Source: Candidatus Binatia bacterium
Lineage (GTDB): Bacteria > Verrucomicrobiota > Verrucomicrobiia > Limisphaerales > UBA8199
DNA length: 64,000 bases
Assembly (NCBI GenBank): GCA_035566895.1
Contig: DATMQA010000088.1
Coordinates: 1-64,000 of the forward strand
Reading direction: 5' to 3'
Below are positions 19,058 through 28,091 of the stretch, piece after piece. Under the pieces are notes generated by a model that saw nothing but the letters and a program-made list of their open reading frames with translations, did not search any database and was not told the origin of the DNA. Each line of letters starts with the position of its first letter. Position 1 is the first letter of the stretch. The position numbers and the translations under genes were made by a program.

Positions 19058-20227
19058 TCAAGCGGCGGTGGGCGGGACGGTCCAGAGGGGCGCGCCGACG
19101 TCCTTTTCGGCTGCGGGGCCGGAGATATAAGGGGACACAAGTCCCGGCAACACTTGAACGTCGAAGATTTCCTCGACCCCTGCGCGGAACTCCAGATGGG
19201 CGGCGATAGCTCCGGTCCGCAAATCGACCACCCAAAGCCCGCAGCGCAGCTTGTCGCGCTCGGCCACGATGGGGACTCCGTCGAGCGTCGGCCGGGCCTT
19301 TGAGAGACCGACAAAGGCATACCCGCCATGAAGGGCCAGGCCGCGTGCAACGCCCGGCACGGCGACCACAGTGGTGACCTGGCCGGTCCGGGGGTCGGCC
19401 ACGGCCAAGTGACCCTGGCCGGTGTGGAGAAAAAAGATTTGGTTGCCTTCCACCCGTGGGGAGTGAGGGAGGGACAGCCCGCGGGCCACCACGCGGCCGC
19501 TGGGGACCTCGATGAGACAGCCGCCGTTGCCCTTGACAGCGCGCCAGCCGGAGGGCGCGTCGGTTTCCGCCAGGGCGGTGACGTAGCGGGGTTGCCCGTT
19601 GATCACGGCTAGACCGTTCAGATGGCAGCGGTCTTCGGGCCGCAGGGCGGATATGAACGGCGGCCGCCAGCGCGGCGCGAAACTGTAATGTGGATGCAGC
19701 GCGGACAGGCAGGAGAAGAGCGTATTGACGAGCCAGAACTCGCTGCTCCCGGCGCGCGCCCCGCCCCCAGCCCCCTCGACCCAGGCTGCTTCGTGCGCCT
19801 GGATGTCATCGGTGAAGTGGGAGGTGCGCGCCAGAAAACAGGCGTCGTGTTGTCCCGGGTGCTGCAACTTGGCGGCGACATCCGGCACGTTCCGCAGGAA
19901 CCACACTTCCTTGCGCGTGCAGACGGCGATGGTTCCGTGCCTGACGGCGATGCCCATGGCGCGCTCGAATTGGTTAAACGTCAGCGTGAGCCGGCCTTTC
20001 CGGGCCGACACAACCACCAGGTGGCCGGTCTGGTAGGTGGAGATCAGGACCGACAGACGCCGTTGCGTGAGGAGCGCGGGGAGACTGTCCGAGTGGGAAC
20101 AGCGGATGTCGCGATATTCCTGGACCGGTTCAGAAGCTTGAGCGGTCACGGGCGCTCCTGGTTGAATCGGCCAACTCGTTCCGGTGCTGAATTGAACTAA
20201 ACACTCCCCGGGGTCGGGTGTTTCCAT
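19058..20227 (-). CDS. Conserved hypothetical protein (TIGR03032-like, predicted beta-propeller fold)
   Basis: 389-aa ORF with strong GC3 bias. Family assignment is by recollection only. Confidence 0.55.
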   Translation of the reverse strand: METPDPGECLVQFSTGTSWPIQPGAPVTAQASEPVQEYRDIRCSHSDSLPALLTQRRLSVLISTYQTGHLVVVSARKGRLTLTFNQFERAMGIAVRHGTIAVCTRKEVWFLRNVPDVAAKLQHPGQHDACFLARTSHFTDDIQAHEAAWVEGAGGGARAGSSEFWLVNTLFSCLSALHPHYSFAPRWRPPFISALRPEDRCHLNGLAVINGQPRYVTALAETDAPSGWRAVKGNGGCLIEVPSGRVVARGLSLPHSPRVEGNQIFFLHTGQGHLAVADPRTGQVTTVVAVPGVARGLALHGGYAFVGLSKARPTLDGVPIVAERDKLRCGLWVVDLRTGAIAAHLEFRAGVEEIFDVQVLPGLVSPYISGPAAEKDVGAPLWTVPPTAA

Positions 20228-21549
20228 GGCGTGCGATACGTGCGTGCCAGCCGGCCATTGGCTTCGTCGTCGCCCGCAATTTTTCCCGCCTCAGCGTCCC
20301 AGCGCAAACTGCGGCCTAACTCCATGGAAACGTTGGCGAGGATGCAGCAAGCGGTTGAGATATAGCCTTCTTCAATATCCGCAACCGGGCGTTGGCCGGA
20401 TTTGCGGGCCTGGACAAAGTTCAAGAGGTTCCGCCGGTTTGCCGGCGCGGCAAACAACTCGGTTTCTTTGTGCTCGACGTCTTCCGGATATTTCTCGCGT
20501 TCCTCCACCGCTTTGACCCTCTCGGGCGAGCCGCCATCGTTTGGAATGTAGTCGTACGACCAGACACTGAGCTTCAAAGTGCCTTTCTCCCCGTAGTAGG
20601 TCACCCCCCAGGGGTAGTCCGGTTCCGGGTTCCGGCCCCAATTGCGCTGGTTCCAAACGACCTGGACATCGCCATAATCGAAAAGCGCCGTCTGCGTGTC
20701 GTGCACGTTCAGGCTCGAGTGGCGGTCCCGCATCAAAATGCCGCCGGTCGAAGAAATGCTCCTGGGCCAGCGGAGCTCGAGGAACATTCGCGTCACATCG
20801 AACAGGTGAACGCCCAGGTCACCGGTTTGGCCGTTGCTGAATTCGCGCGCATCACGCCAACTGCGTGGATGGATGCCCGGGTTGTAATCACGCCACGTCG
20901 CCGGCCCGACATACATCTCCCAATCCAGCGTGGAGGGAGGCGCGGTCGGCGCGGGGAAACTTTTTCTGCCGCCGTAATAGCTGTGGATATCCACATAGGC
21001 GATCTTTCCGAGTTTGCCGCTCTTGATGTAGCGATCTCGCGCTTCAAGAATATGGGGAGTGCTGCGCCGTTCCAATCCCACCTGGACTGTGCGGTTATAT
21101 TTTCGCGCCGCGGCAACCATCGCCTGGCCTTCGACGACGTCATAGCTGATCGGCTTTTGGACATAGACATCCGCTCCCGCCTTGACGGCATCGATCATCG
21201 GCAGGCAATGCCAGTGGTCGGGCGTGCCGATCAGCACGATTTCCGGCCGCTGGTCCGCCAGCAATTTGCGGTAGTCGCCAAACACCGGTGGCTTCTTTTT
21301 GGATGGTTGGCGCCTGGCGACCAACTCCGCCGCGGCTTCCACCATTTTACGGTCCACATCGCACAGGCCGACGACTTCGATTGGCGCAACCTGGATTAGA
21401 TGAAACAGATCGGTCTTTCCATACCACCCACAGCCGATCAGTGCGACGCGCAAAGGCTTTTCCTCCTCGGCGGCGAAGAGGCTTGTTTTCGCCGCCGCCA
21501 AAGCCAGCGCCCCGGCTCCGCTTGTTTTCAAGAAACTCCGTCTGGTCAT
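20197..21549 (-). CDS. Gfo/Idh/MocA family oxidoreductase with TAT signal
   Basis: MTRRSFLKTSGAGALALAAA twin-arginine signal. Rossmann motif 'LRVALIGCGWYG'. Confidence 0.9.
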   Translation of the reverse strand: MTRRSFLKTSGAGALALAAAKTSLFAAEEEKPLRVALIGCGWYGKTDLFHLIQVAPIEVVGLCDVDRKMVEAAAELVARRQPSKKKPPVFGDYRKLLADQRPEIVLIGTPDHWHCLPMIDAVKAGADVYVQKPISYDVVEGQAMVAAARKYNRTVQVGLERRSTPHILEARDRYIKSGKLGKIAYVDIHSYYGGRKSFPAPTAPPSTLDWEMYVGPATWRDYNPGIHPRSWRDAREFSNGQTGDLGVHLFDVTRMFLELRWPRSISSTGGILMRDRHSSLNVHDTQTALFDYGDVQVVWNQRNWGRNPEPDYPWGVTYYGEKGTLKLSVWSYDYIPNDGGSPERVKAVEEREKYPEDVEHKETELFAAPANRRNLLNFVQARKSGQRPVADIEEGYISTACCILANVSMELGRSLRWDAEAGKIAGDDEANGRLARTYRTPWKHPTPGSV

Positions 21550-21699
21550 GTGTCAGCTCTTTCGTTTTGTTTTCGCAATGTTCGCTCCGAGACGGTCTCC
21601 CGGCAACGCCAAATGCGCATCGGGCGAGAAGGGATTCGGGTGTCACGTGGTCAGAGTGAAATGGCATGGAAACATCTCCCGAAAAAAAATTTAGTGTTA

Positions 21700-22215
21700 A
21701 GAAATGTTAAGGAGTGTTAAGAAGTGCTAAGGCCGCGATAGCGGGATGGGGTGGACGGGGCGGCGGCGAGGAGCGGGAAGGTGGCACGGGGAGCTGGGCT
21801 TCATGTTTGCTTGTACGGTTTTCTGTTTTCCGGGCCGCTCGCTGTTGGCGACAGTGGCCTCTACTATGTATTGTGCGACAAAGGTTGTCTGACGGCGGAC
21901 ATGTTTGCTGGTACGAATTTCTGTTTTCGGGGCCGGCCGCAGTTGGCGACACTGCCCTCTACTATATATGGCGCGACGAAAGTAGTCTGACGGCGGACAT
22001 CGGAGCGCCAAGATTGTAGCAGCCGACGCCAGGAGGCTTTGATCTCTCGGCCAATGGACAAAGGATCAGAGCCTCCTGGCGTCTGGCTGCTACGGCAGGG
22101 GGTTAGTTGGCTTTTCCTTCCGGCAGGCGGAGCAGCGGACGAGTGGACTTGGTGAACGCGGAACCGCACCGGACCGAGGCGCGGCAAGGAGATGTGGGGC
22201 CGGTGTGGCGCAGGA
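21700..22215. repeat. Copy A of a ~0.5 kb segmental direct repeat (contains two ~100-bp tandem units at about 21795-22003 and an 80-nt hairpin at 22010-22095)
   Basis: Long blocks are near-identical to 23025-23693 (read by eye). Contains an internal tandem duplication of a ~100-bp unit. Confidence 0.8.
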
Positions 22216-22413
22216 GATCGAGGATCCGGAAGTGAAGATGAGTGTGTGGCGGCGCCGCCGAGCCTCCAAAATTGCCGGGGCCAGCAATGCGGCGGATCGA
22301 CGCGAGCTGCGGGAACACACCGATCTTCCCTTAACTGCGTTGGGCTCCGGCAGCGATTACGCGAGTTTTTTGGATTTCCTGGGCATCCCCTGCGTGAGCC
22401 TCGATTTCGCTGA

Positions 22414-23007
22414 CGAGAGCAACGATGCGGCAGCTCGTGGGCCACAGGTGATGAGTATGTCGGTGCCCTAGGCGACGGGAAGACCAACGGCTATACGAAC
22501 GCCTGGGAGATGGTCGTAGCCAGCGGTGTCACGGCGGTTGCGGCCGGGAGCCGCCATAGTCTGTTCCTCGAATCCGACGGCAGCCTCTGGGGCATGGGCG
22601 ACGGTACCACCACGGACCGGCTCACTCCGGAGCAGATTCTGTCGAGCGGCGTGGTCGCGGTCGCGGCCGGGCATGGGCACAGTCTTTTCCTCAAGTCTGA
22701 CGGCAGCCTTTGGGGGATGGGCGAAAACGGGTTCGGTCAGTTGGGCGACGGCACGTACACGAGCCGTCCGACACCGGTAACGATTGTCCCGCCGCCGCCG
22801 CCCACGATCACTAGCATTAGCCTGGCGGGGACGAATATGGTCATCGTGTGGCCGGCGAACCAGTGCGGTTTCACGTTGCAATGCGCCTCGAATCTGGAGC
22901 CGCAGGTAACTTGGAGCAACGTTTCCGCTGGAGTGGTCGTCAGCAACCAATACGTAGTGACCAATTCCATCTCCGTCCCGCGGATGTTCTATCGGCTGGC
23001 CGAATAG
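22414..23007 (+). pseudogene. RCC1-repeat (regulator of chromosome condensation-like) gene fragment with shared C-terminal '...RMFYRLAE' domain; no in-frame ATG before 22510
   Basis: Frame opens after the TGA at 22411. RCC1 blades 'YVGALGDG...SRHSLFLESDGSLWGMGDG...GHGHSLFLKSDGSLWGMGENGFGQLGDG'. The first ATG (22510) lies inside a repeat blade. Confidence 0.55.
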
Positions 23008-23024
23008 CTGGGAAAAAATTAGTG

Positions 23025-23693
23025 TCAAAAAAGCTTAGAAACCGCTAAAAAGGTTAAAGCTGATGGCGGCTTAATGGATGGGGGCGGCGGCGGGCAGAGC
23101 GGCGAGGCTGCGGCGAGGGAGTGTGGGTGCCCGGGGTGGTATGGAGGGTTGGGCTTTCATCTTTGCTGATACGAATTTCTATCTTCGGGGCTGGCCGCGG
23201 TTGGCGACACTGCCCTCTACTTTATATGGCGCGACGATAGTAGTCTGACGGCGGACAGGGCCGCCGGGATGATATTATCTGCCCAGACTGGAGCACGTTT
23301 TTTATCAGGCCGACGCGGTGGTGCATTGGGAGATGAGCGTTGCTCACCGCGATACCGGCTGGCTCACGCGGACGTTTCATTGCCCTTTTCGTGAGATATG
23401 GTGCACACGGGCGCGCGCTGCACGAAGAGCAAGGACCCGGCCGCATCAATGGTGCGGCGTCCGATCAAAAGGACCATCGAAGCGCCAAGATCGTAGCAGC
23501 CGACGCCAGGAGGCTCTGATCATTTGTTCGATTGACCGAGAGATCAGAGCCTCCTGGCGTCGGCTGCGACGGGAGGGGGGTGGTTGGCTTTTCCTTCCGG
23601 CAGACGGAGCAGGAGGCGAGTGGACCTGGTGAACGCGGAACCGGACCGGGCCGAGGTGCGGCAAGGAGATGTGGGGCCGGGGTGGTTACCGGA
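23025..23693. repeat. Copy B of the segmental direct repeat (one ~100-bp unit, a ~210-bp unique insert, and a perfect-stem hairpin at 23493-23570); it ends exactly at the ggt stop codon
   Basis: Matches 21700-22215. The hairpin GTAGCAGCCGACGCCAGGAGGCTCTGATC-N20-GATCAGAGCCTCCTGGCGTCGGCTGCGAC has a 23-bp perfect core. Confidence 0.8.
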
Positions 23694-25418
23694 TTACCAG
23701 GCGAGCGCAGCACCGTTCGCGCGCGGATCGGCTGCGCTGAGAAAGCCGTGGCCGTCGGGCGCGAGGCCGACTGCTTGCGTCGCCCCAAACCATTTGATCG
23801 GGCGCACGATGTGACCGCGTGTCGCGAGGTCGAACTGGACCGCGGGATTCAGTGCCTCCTCGACCTTCAGTTCGTCCGGCCTCCATTGGTGATGAAATTT
23901 CGGCTGGTTGATCGCGGTCTGAGCATCCATACCCAAATCCAAAACATTGACGATGCTCAACAGCGTTTGACTGATGATGGTAGGGCCGCCCGCCGCACCG
24001 AGCGCCAGGATGGGTTGCCGACCCTTCAGGACGATGGTCGGACTCATGCTGGAGAGCGGACGTTTCCCAGGCGCGATCGCGTTAGCTTCACCGCCAACCA
24101 GGCCAAAGTAATTGGGGACCCCCGGTTGAGCGGAGAAGTCATCCATCTGGTTGTTCATGACGACGCCCGTGCCGGGAATGACGACCTTGGACCCAAAATG
24201 AGTGTTGATGGTGGTGGTCAGCGCTACCCAAGTTCCTCCCGCATCCACGGTTGACAGATGTGTAGTGTGTTTTGAAAACAGGTCGATTTCGGAATCGGAG
24301 GGTGTGCCGTGGCCGTGCACCGGCGTCGCGTGCTTCAAATCGATTCTCGCGGCGCGAGCGCGGGCGTAATCCTTGCTCATGAGACCACGCGGCACTTTGA
24401 CAAAATCCGGATCGCCCAGCCAAAAGGCGCGGTCGGCAAACACCAGCTTCATCGATTCGGCGATGAAGTGGTCTCGGTCGGCCTCCGTGAAGTTCGAAAT
24501 ATTGTGACTTTCCAGCATGTTCAGCGCTTCAAGGATATGGACCCCGCCGGAACTGGGCGGCGGAAACGAAATCACCGTGTAGCCACGATACACGGTGGAG
24601 ACCGGCGCACGCAGCACCGGACGATAACCCTTGAGGTCCGCAGTGGTAACCAGGCCATGATTCTCCTTCATCCACTTTTCCACCGCTTGAGCAAACGGCC
24701 CATCGTAAAACCATTCCAGGCCGTGTTCCGCGATAGCGCGATAGGTTCGCGCGAGGTCGGTTTGCCGCAGGATTTCGCCTTCTCCCCATGGAGTGCCATC
24801 GGGCTTGACAAAAACGGCTCGGGCAGCGGGATACTTCGCCAGGTCGGCGGCGTTTTCTCGAAGGTGCGTGGCGTATTGCTTGTCGATCCGAAAACCCGTC
24901 TCGGCCATTTCAGCGGCAGCCAGAAGATGTTCCTTGAGCGGGATTTTGCCCCAGGATTTCACGGCCAGAGCATACGCGGCCAAGGCGCCAGGCGTAGCGA
25001 TGGCCAACGCACCAGTTTCGCTAAGGCCCGGAATAACTTTGCGTTTGTGCAGCAGGCTTCGTTTGCTCAGATACATGTCGTGCGTGGCGGCAGCGGGGGA
25101 GGTCTCGCGACCATCAACGCAGACGATCTCGCCGCTGGCAAGGCGGACGAGAATGAAACAGCCGCCGCCGATACCTGAATTGTATCCGTTAACGACACCG
25201 AGCGTCAGGGCGGCGGCAATTGCGGCATCGACCGCGTTGCCCCCCTTCTTCATGGCGTCAATGCCGGCCTGGCTGGCAATGCCGTCCACCGTAGCCACCG
25301 CGCCGTGAGGACCTACGGCTGGTTGAGCAGGGGCGCAGAAGGAAAACAAGACTACCAGGACCGCGAGCTCGCGCAGATGTCTGACCGTGCGGGTCATATG
25401 GATTCCATTTGTTTTCAT
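23694..25418 (-). CDS. ggt: Gamma-glutamyltranspeptidase (secreted)
   Basis: The GGT family is conserved throughout (GGGCFILVRL, ...TTHLSTVDAGGTWVALTTTINTHFGS autocatalytic Thr region). Signal peptide present. Alternative start at 25397. Confidence 0.9.
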   Translation of the reverse strand: MKTNGIHMTRTVRHLRELAVLVVLFSFCAPAQPAVGPHGAVATVDGIASQAGIDAMKKGGNAVDAAIAAALTLGVVNGYNSGIGGGCFILVRLASGEIVCVDGRETSPAAATHDMYLSKRSLLHKRKVIPGLSETGALAIATPGALAAYALAVKSWGKIPLKEHLLAAAEMAETGFRIDKQYATHLRENAADLAKYPAARAVFVKPDGTPWGEGEILRQTDLARTYRAIAEHGLEWFYDGPFAQAVEKWMKENHGLVTTADLKGYRPVLRAPVSTVYRGYTVISFPPPSSGGVHILEALNMLESHNISNFTEADRDHFIAESMKLVFADRAFWLGDPDFVKVPRGLMSKDYARARAARIDLKHATPVHGHGTPSDSEIDLFSKHTTHLSTVDAGGTWVALTTTINTHFGSKVVIPGTGVVMNNQMDDFSAQPGVPNYFGLVGGEANAIAPGKRPLSSMSPTIVLKGRQPILALGAAGGPTIISQTLLSIVNVLDLGMDAQTAINQPKFHHQWRPDELKVEEALNPAVQFDLATRGHIVRPIKWFGATQAVGLAPDGHGFLSAADPRANGAALAW

Positions 25419-25620
25419 TCCGGTCCTCTCATTCGAGGAGTTGGGTCTCCTAATCGCAGGCGAGATAAAGCGTTGCGGTTCTCGGACATCAACGACTCCT
25501 ATCAGTTCAGCCGGCCCCAGAAAAGGAATTTACCGGTGTGCCGGTTTCGTAGGTATGGGAGTTCTTCCCGCCCGCGATTCTCCATCCCGTGAGCTCGTTT
25601 CATCGTGGCTTCAGTTCACC

Positions 25621-25697
25621 TTGGTCCCAATGGCGCGTCCGGCAGGACTTGAACCTGCAACCTTCTGATCCGAAGTCAGAAGCTCTATCCAATTGAG
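25621..25697 (-). tRNA. tRNA-Arg (anticodon TCG)
   Basis: Reverse complement GCGTCCGTAGCTCAATTGGATAGAGCTTCTGACTTCGGATCAGAAGGTTGCAGGTTCAAGTCCTGCCGGACGCGCCA folds as a cloverleaf with anticodon loop CTTCGGA. CCA is encoded. Confidence 0.9.
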
Positions 25698-26178
25698 CTA
25701 CGGACGCACGATTGTCGTTGAATGCTACGCTATCCTGACCAAGCACGAAGTCAACGCTGCATCGTTTCGGAGGCGTGACCAGTGACAAGTGGCGAGTGAG
25801 AGGCTTCTCGCTCGCGCGGTGCTTCTCCCTAAGTGCCTCGCGCCGGGAAGGTTGTACCTGGCTTTCTTGACAACCCGGCGAGTTATGGGATTGGTGGTAC
25901 AGCAGTTGAAGCAGCCTAAGTTGGCTTTCCTTCCTGAAGGCCAATGCGGGGGACCCAAAGTCCTCGAACAGGTGTTTGGGGAAGGGGCGAAAGGCCGCGG
26001 GTAACCGCGGTTAAGGTCACTTCCTGGACCGAGCCCGTCAGCTAACCTCGCCGGCAATGGGAAGGGCGATCCTCTAGGGTCCCGCTCGGGCGGGTTCCCA
26101 CGTTCACCCAGTCAAGAAAGCGCGCTGCGCCTTGCGCGGCGATACCGCAGCGGTGTGCAGCCACATCGGAGAATCGGT

Positions 26179-28026
26179 ATGAATACAATGATTCTATTTG
26201 GAACACTCGGGCCCGTGGAACTCGGGCTGGCGGTAATCGTGATGCTGGGTTTGCTATCGATCGGACCGCTGGTGCTCGGCGCGGTATTAATCCGCGAGCG
26301 CCAGGTCGGGATCGTGGTGAAGAAGTTTGGCGGCCGGGGGTTACCGCCGGGGCGATTGGTTGCCCTGGCCGGCGAATCCGGCTACCAGGCCGACACCCTC
26401 GCGCCGGGCCTGCACTTCGGATATTTCCGGTGGCAATACCGGATTCTGAAGATGCCGGTGACGGTCGTGTCGCAAGGCGAGATCGCGCTGGTGGTGGCCG
26501 CTGATGGGGCTTCGATTCCATCGGAACGCATCCTGGGCAAAGTGGTCGATTGCGACAACTTCCAGGACGCGCGGAAGTTCCTGGTCAACGGCGGCGAGAA
26601 AGGGCGCCAATTGGGCGTCCTCACCGCGGGCACGTACCGGATCAACCGGGCGTTGTTCACGGTGATCACCTCGGACACGGCGCAGGACCACGGCATGCTG
26701 GGCTCGCAACTGCGGTTGCACCAGATCGAGCCGGACATGGTGGGGATTGTGACCGCCATGGACGGCCAGCCGATTGAGGCCGGCGAAATCGCAGGGCCGG
26801 TGATTGCCGGCCACCAAAACTTCCAGAACACGCAAGCGTTTCTGGACGGCGGCGGCCGGCGCGGATTGCAGGACCAAATCCTGTTGTCCGGCACCTGGAA
26901 CCTCAATCCGTGGTTCGTGCAGGTCGAGCAGGTGCCGATGGTGCAGATCCCGATCGGCTACGTCGGCGTCGTCATCTCGTATGTGGGCAAAGCCCACGTC
27001 GATGTGAGCGGCATCGAGTTCAAGCACGGCGACCTGGTCGAGACCGGCCACAAAGGTGTGTGGGTGACCCCGCTTTACCCGGGGAAGCATCCGATCAACA
27101 CCCGCGTGATGAAAGTCGAGCTGGTACCGACGACCAACATCGTGCTCAACTGGGCGGCCCGCACCGAGACGCATAAGTACGACGAGAAACTCTCGTCCAT
27201 CACGGTGCGGTCGAAGGACGGGTTCGCCTTCAGCCTGGACGTGTCGCAGATCATCCACGTCGGCGCGTTGGACGCGCCGAAGGTGATCTCGCGCGTCGGC
27301 TCGATGCAAAACCTGGTCGATCACGTCTTGCAGCCGATTGTGGGAAATTACTTCCGCAATTCGGCGCAGGACTACACGGTGCTCGACTTCCTCGGGGCGC
27401 GCAGCCAGCGCCAGGTGGAAGCGGCCGAGCACATCCGGGCGGCGTTGTCCGCCTATGATGTGCAGGCCATCGACACGCTGATCGGCGACATCAATCCGCC
27501 GGCGCAACTGATGCAAACGCAGACGGACCGGAAAATCGCCGAAGAACAGCGCAAAACCTACGAGGTACAGGAAGCGGCGCAGGTGCAGCGCCAGCAACTC
27601 GTGCGACAGACCTCGCTGGCGGATATCCAGCATGAGGTGGTCGGCGCCGAGCAAGGCGTGAGCATCGCCGAACTGCACGCGAACGCGCAGGTGAAACAGG
27701 CGACCGGTGAAGCCGAGTCAGTGCGCTTACGGGCGCACGGCGAGGCGGAGGCCATTCGGGCCACCGGCCAGGCCAAGGCCGAGGCCTACCGGGCCGGCGT
27801 TGAAGCGCTGGGCCCGCAGGCCTACACGACGATGCAGCTCATGCAAATCGTCGGCGACCGACAGGTACGGATCGTGCCGGACGTTGCCGTCAACGGCGCC
27901 AACGCGAGTCCTGGTCTCGTGGACGGGCTGCTCGGACTGATGGTCCGCAGCCAGGCCAACGGGGAAGGGCGCAGCGCGAAGGCCGAAGTGCCAGGCGCCG
28001 AAGCGGTGCTGCCGCGCGCGAACTAA
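26179..28026 (+). CDS. Flotillin / SPFH (band-7) domain membrane protein (YqiK-like)
   Basis: N-terminal TM helix, SPFH core, and a long Ala/Glu/Gln-rich coiled coil (EAEAIRATGQAKAEAYRAGVEALG). Confidence 0.85.
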   Translation: MNTMILFGTLGPVELGLAVIVMLGLLSIGPLVLGAVLIRERQVGIVVKKFGGRGLPPGRLVALAGESGYQADTLAPGLHFGYFRWQYRILKMPVTVVSQGEIALVVAADGASIPSERILGKVVDCDNFQDARKFLVNGGEKGRQLGVLTAGTYRINRALFTVITSDTAQDHGMLGSQLRLHQIEPDMVGIVTAMDGQPIEAGEIAGPVIAGHQNFQNTQAFLDGGGRRGLQDQILLSGTWNLNPWFVQVEQVPMVQIPIGYVGVVISYVGKAHVDVSGIEFKHGDLVETGHKGVWVTPLYPGKHPINTRVMKVELVPTTNIVLNWAARTETHKYDEKLSSITVRSKDGFAFSLDVSQIIHVGALDAPKVISRVGSMQNLVDHVLQPIVGNYFRNSAQDYTVLDFLGARSQRQVEAAEHIRAALSAYDVQAIDTLIGDINPPAQLMQTQTDRKIAEEQRKTYEVQEAAQVQRQQLVRQTSLADIQHEVVGAEQGVSIAELHANAQVKQATGEAESVRLRAHGEAEAIRATGQAKAEAYRAGVEALGPQAYTTMQLMQIVGDRQVRIVPDVAVNGANASPGLVDGLLGLMVRSQANGEGRSAKAEVPGAEAVLPRAN

Positions 28027-28091
28027 GCCAGGAGCCGGGGACATTGGGGAAGAACAAGTGGAGTGCGTCCGAAAGGGCGCACTCCATCGTT

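Noticed and set aside
21800-22000. Sigma-54 (-24/-12) or sigma-70 promoter inside the 100-bp tandem unit (TTGGCGACACTGCCCTCTACTATATAT)
   Set aside because: GG/GC spacing is off by two for sigma-54. The TTGGCG to TATATA spacer is 14 nt, short for sigma-70. Kept only as a remark within the repeat finding.
25860-25990. Possible SRP (4.5S) RNA because of a GGAAGGAAAGCC box and hairpin TTGGCCTTC-AGGAAG-GAAAGCCAA
   Set aside because: Does not reproduce the conserved domain-IV consensus (…GGUCCGGAAGGAAGCAGCC…) or the expected symmetric/asymmetric loops. Left as an unassigned structured region.
26341-27678. 445-aa ORF on the minus strand inside the flotillin gene
   Set aside because: Arg/His/Asp-rich low-complexity translation typical of antisense frames in GC-rich DNA. 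The flotillin frame has clear SPFH homology and GC3 bias.
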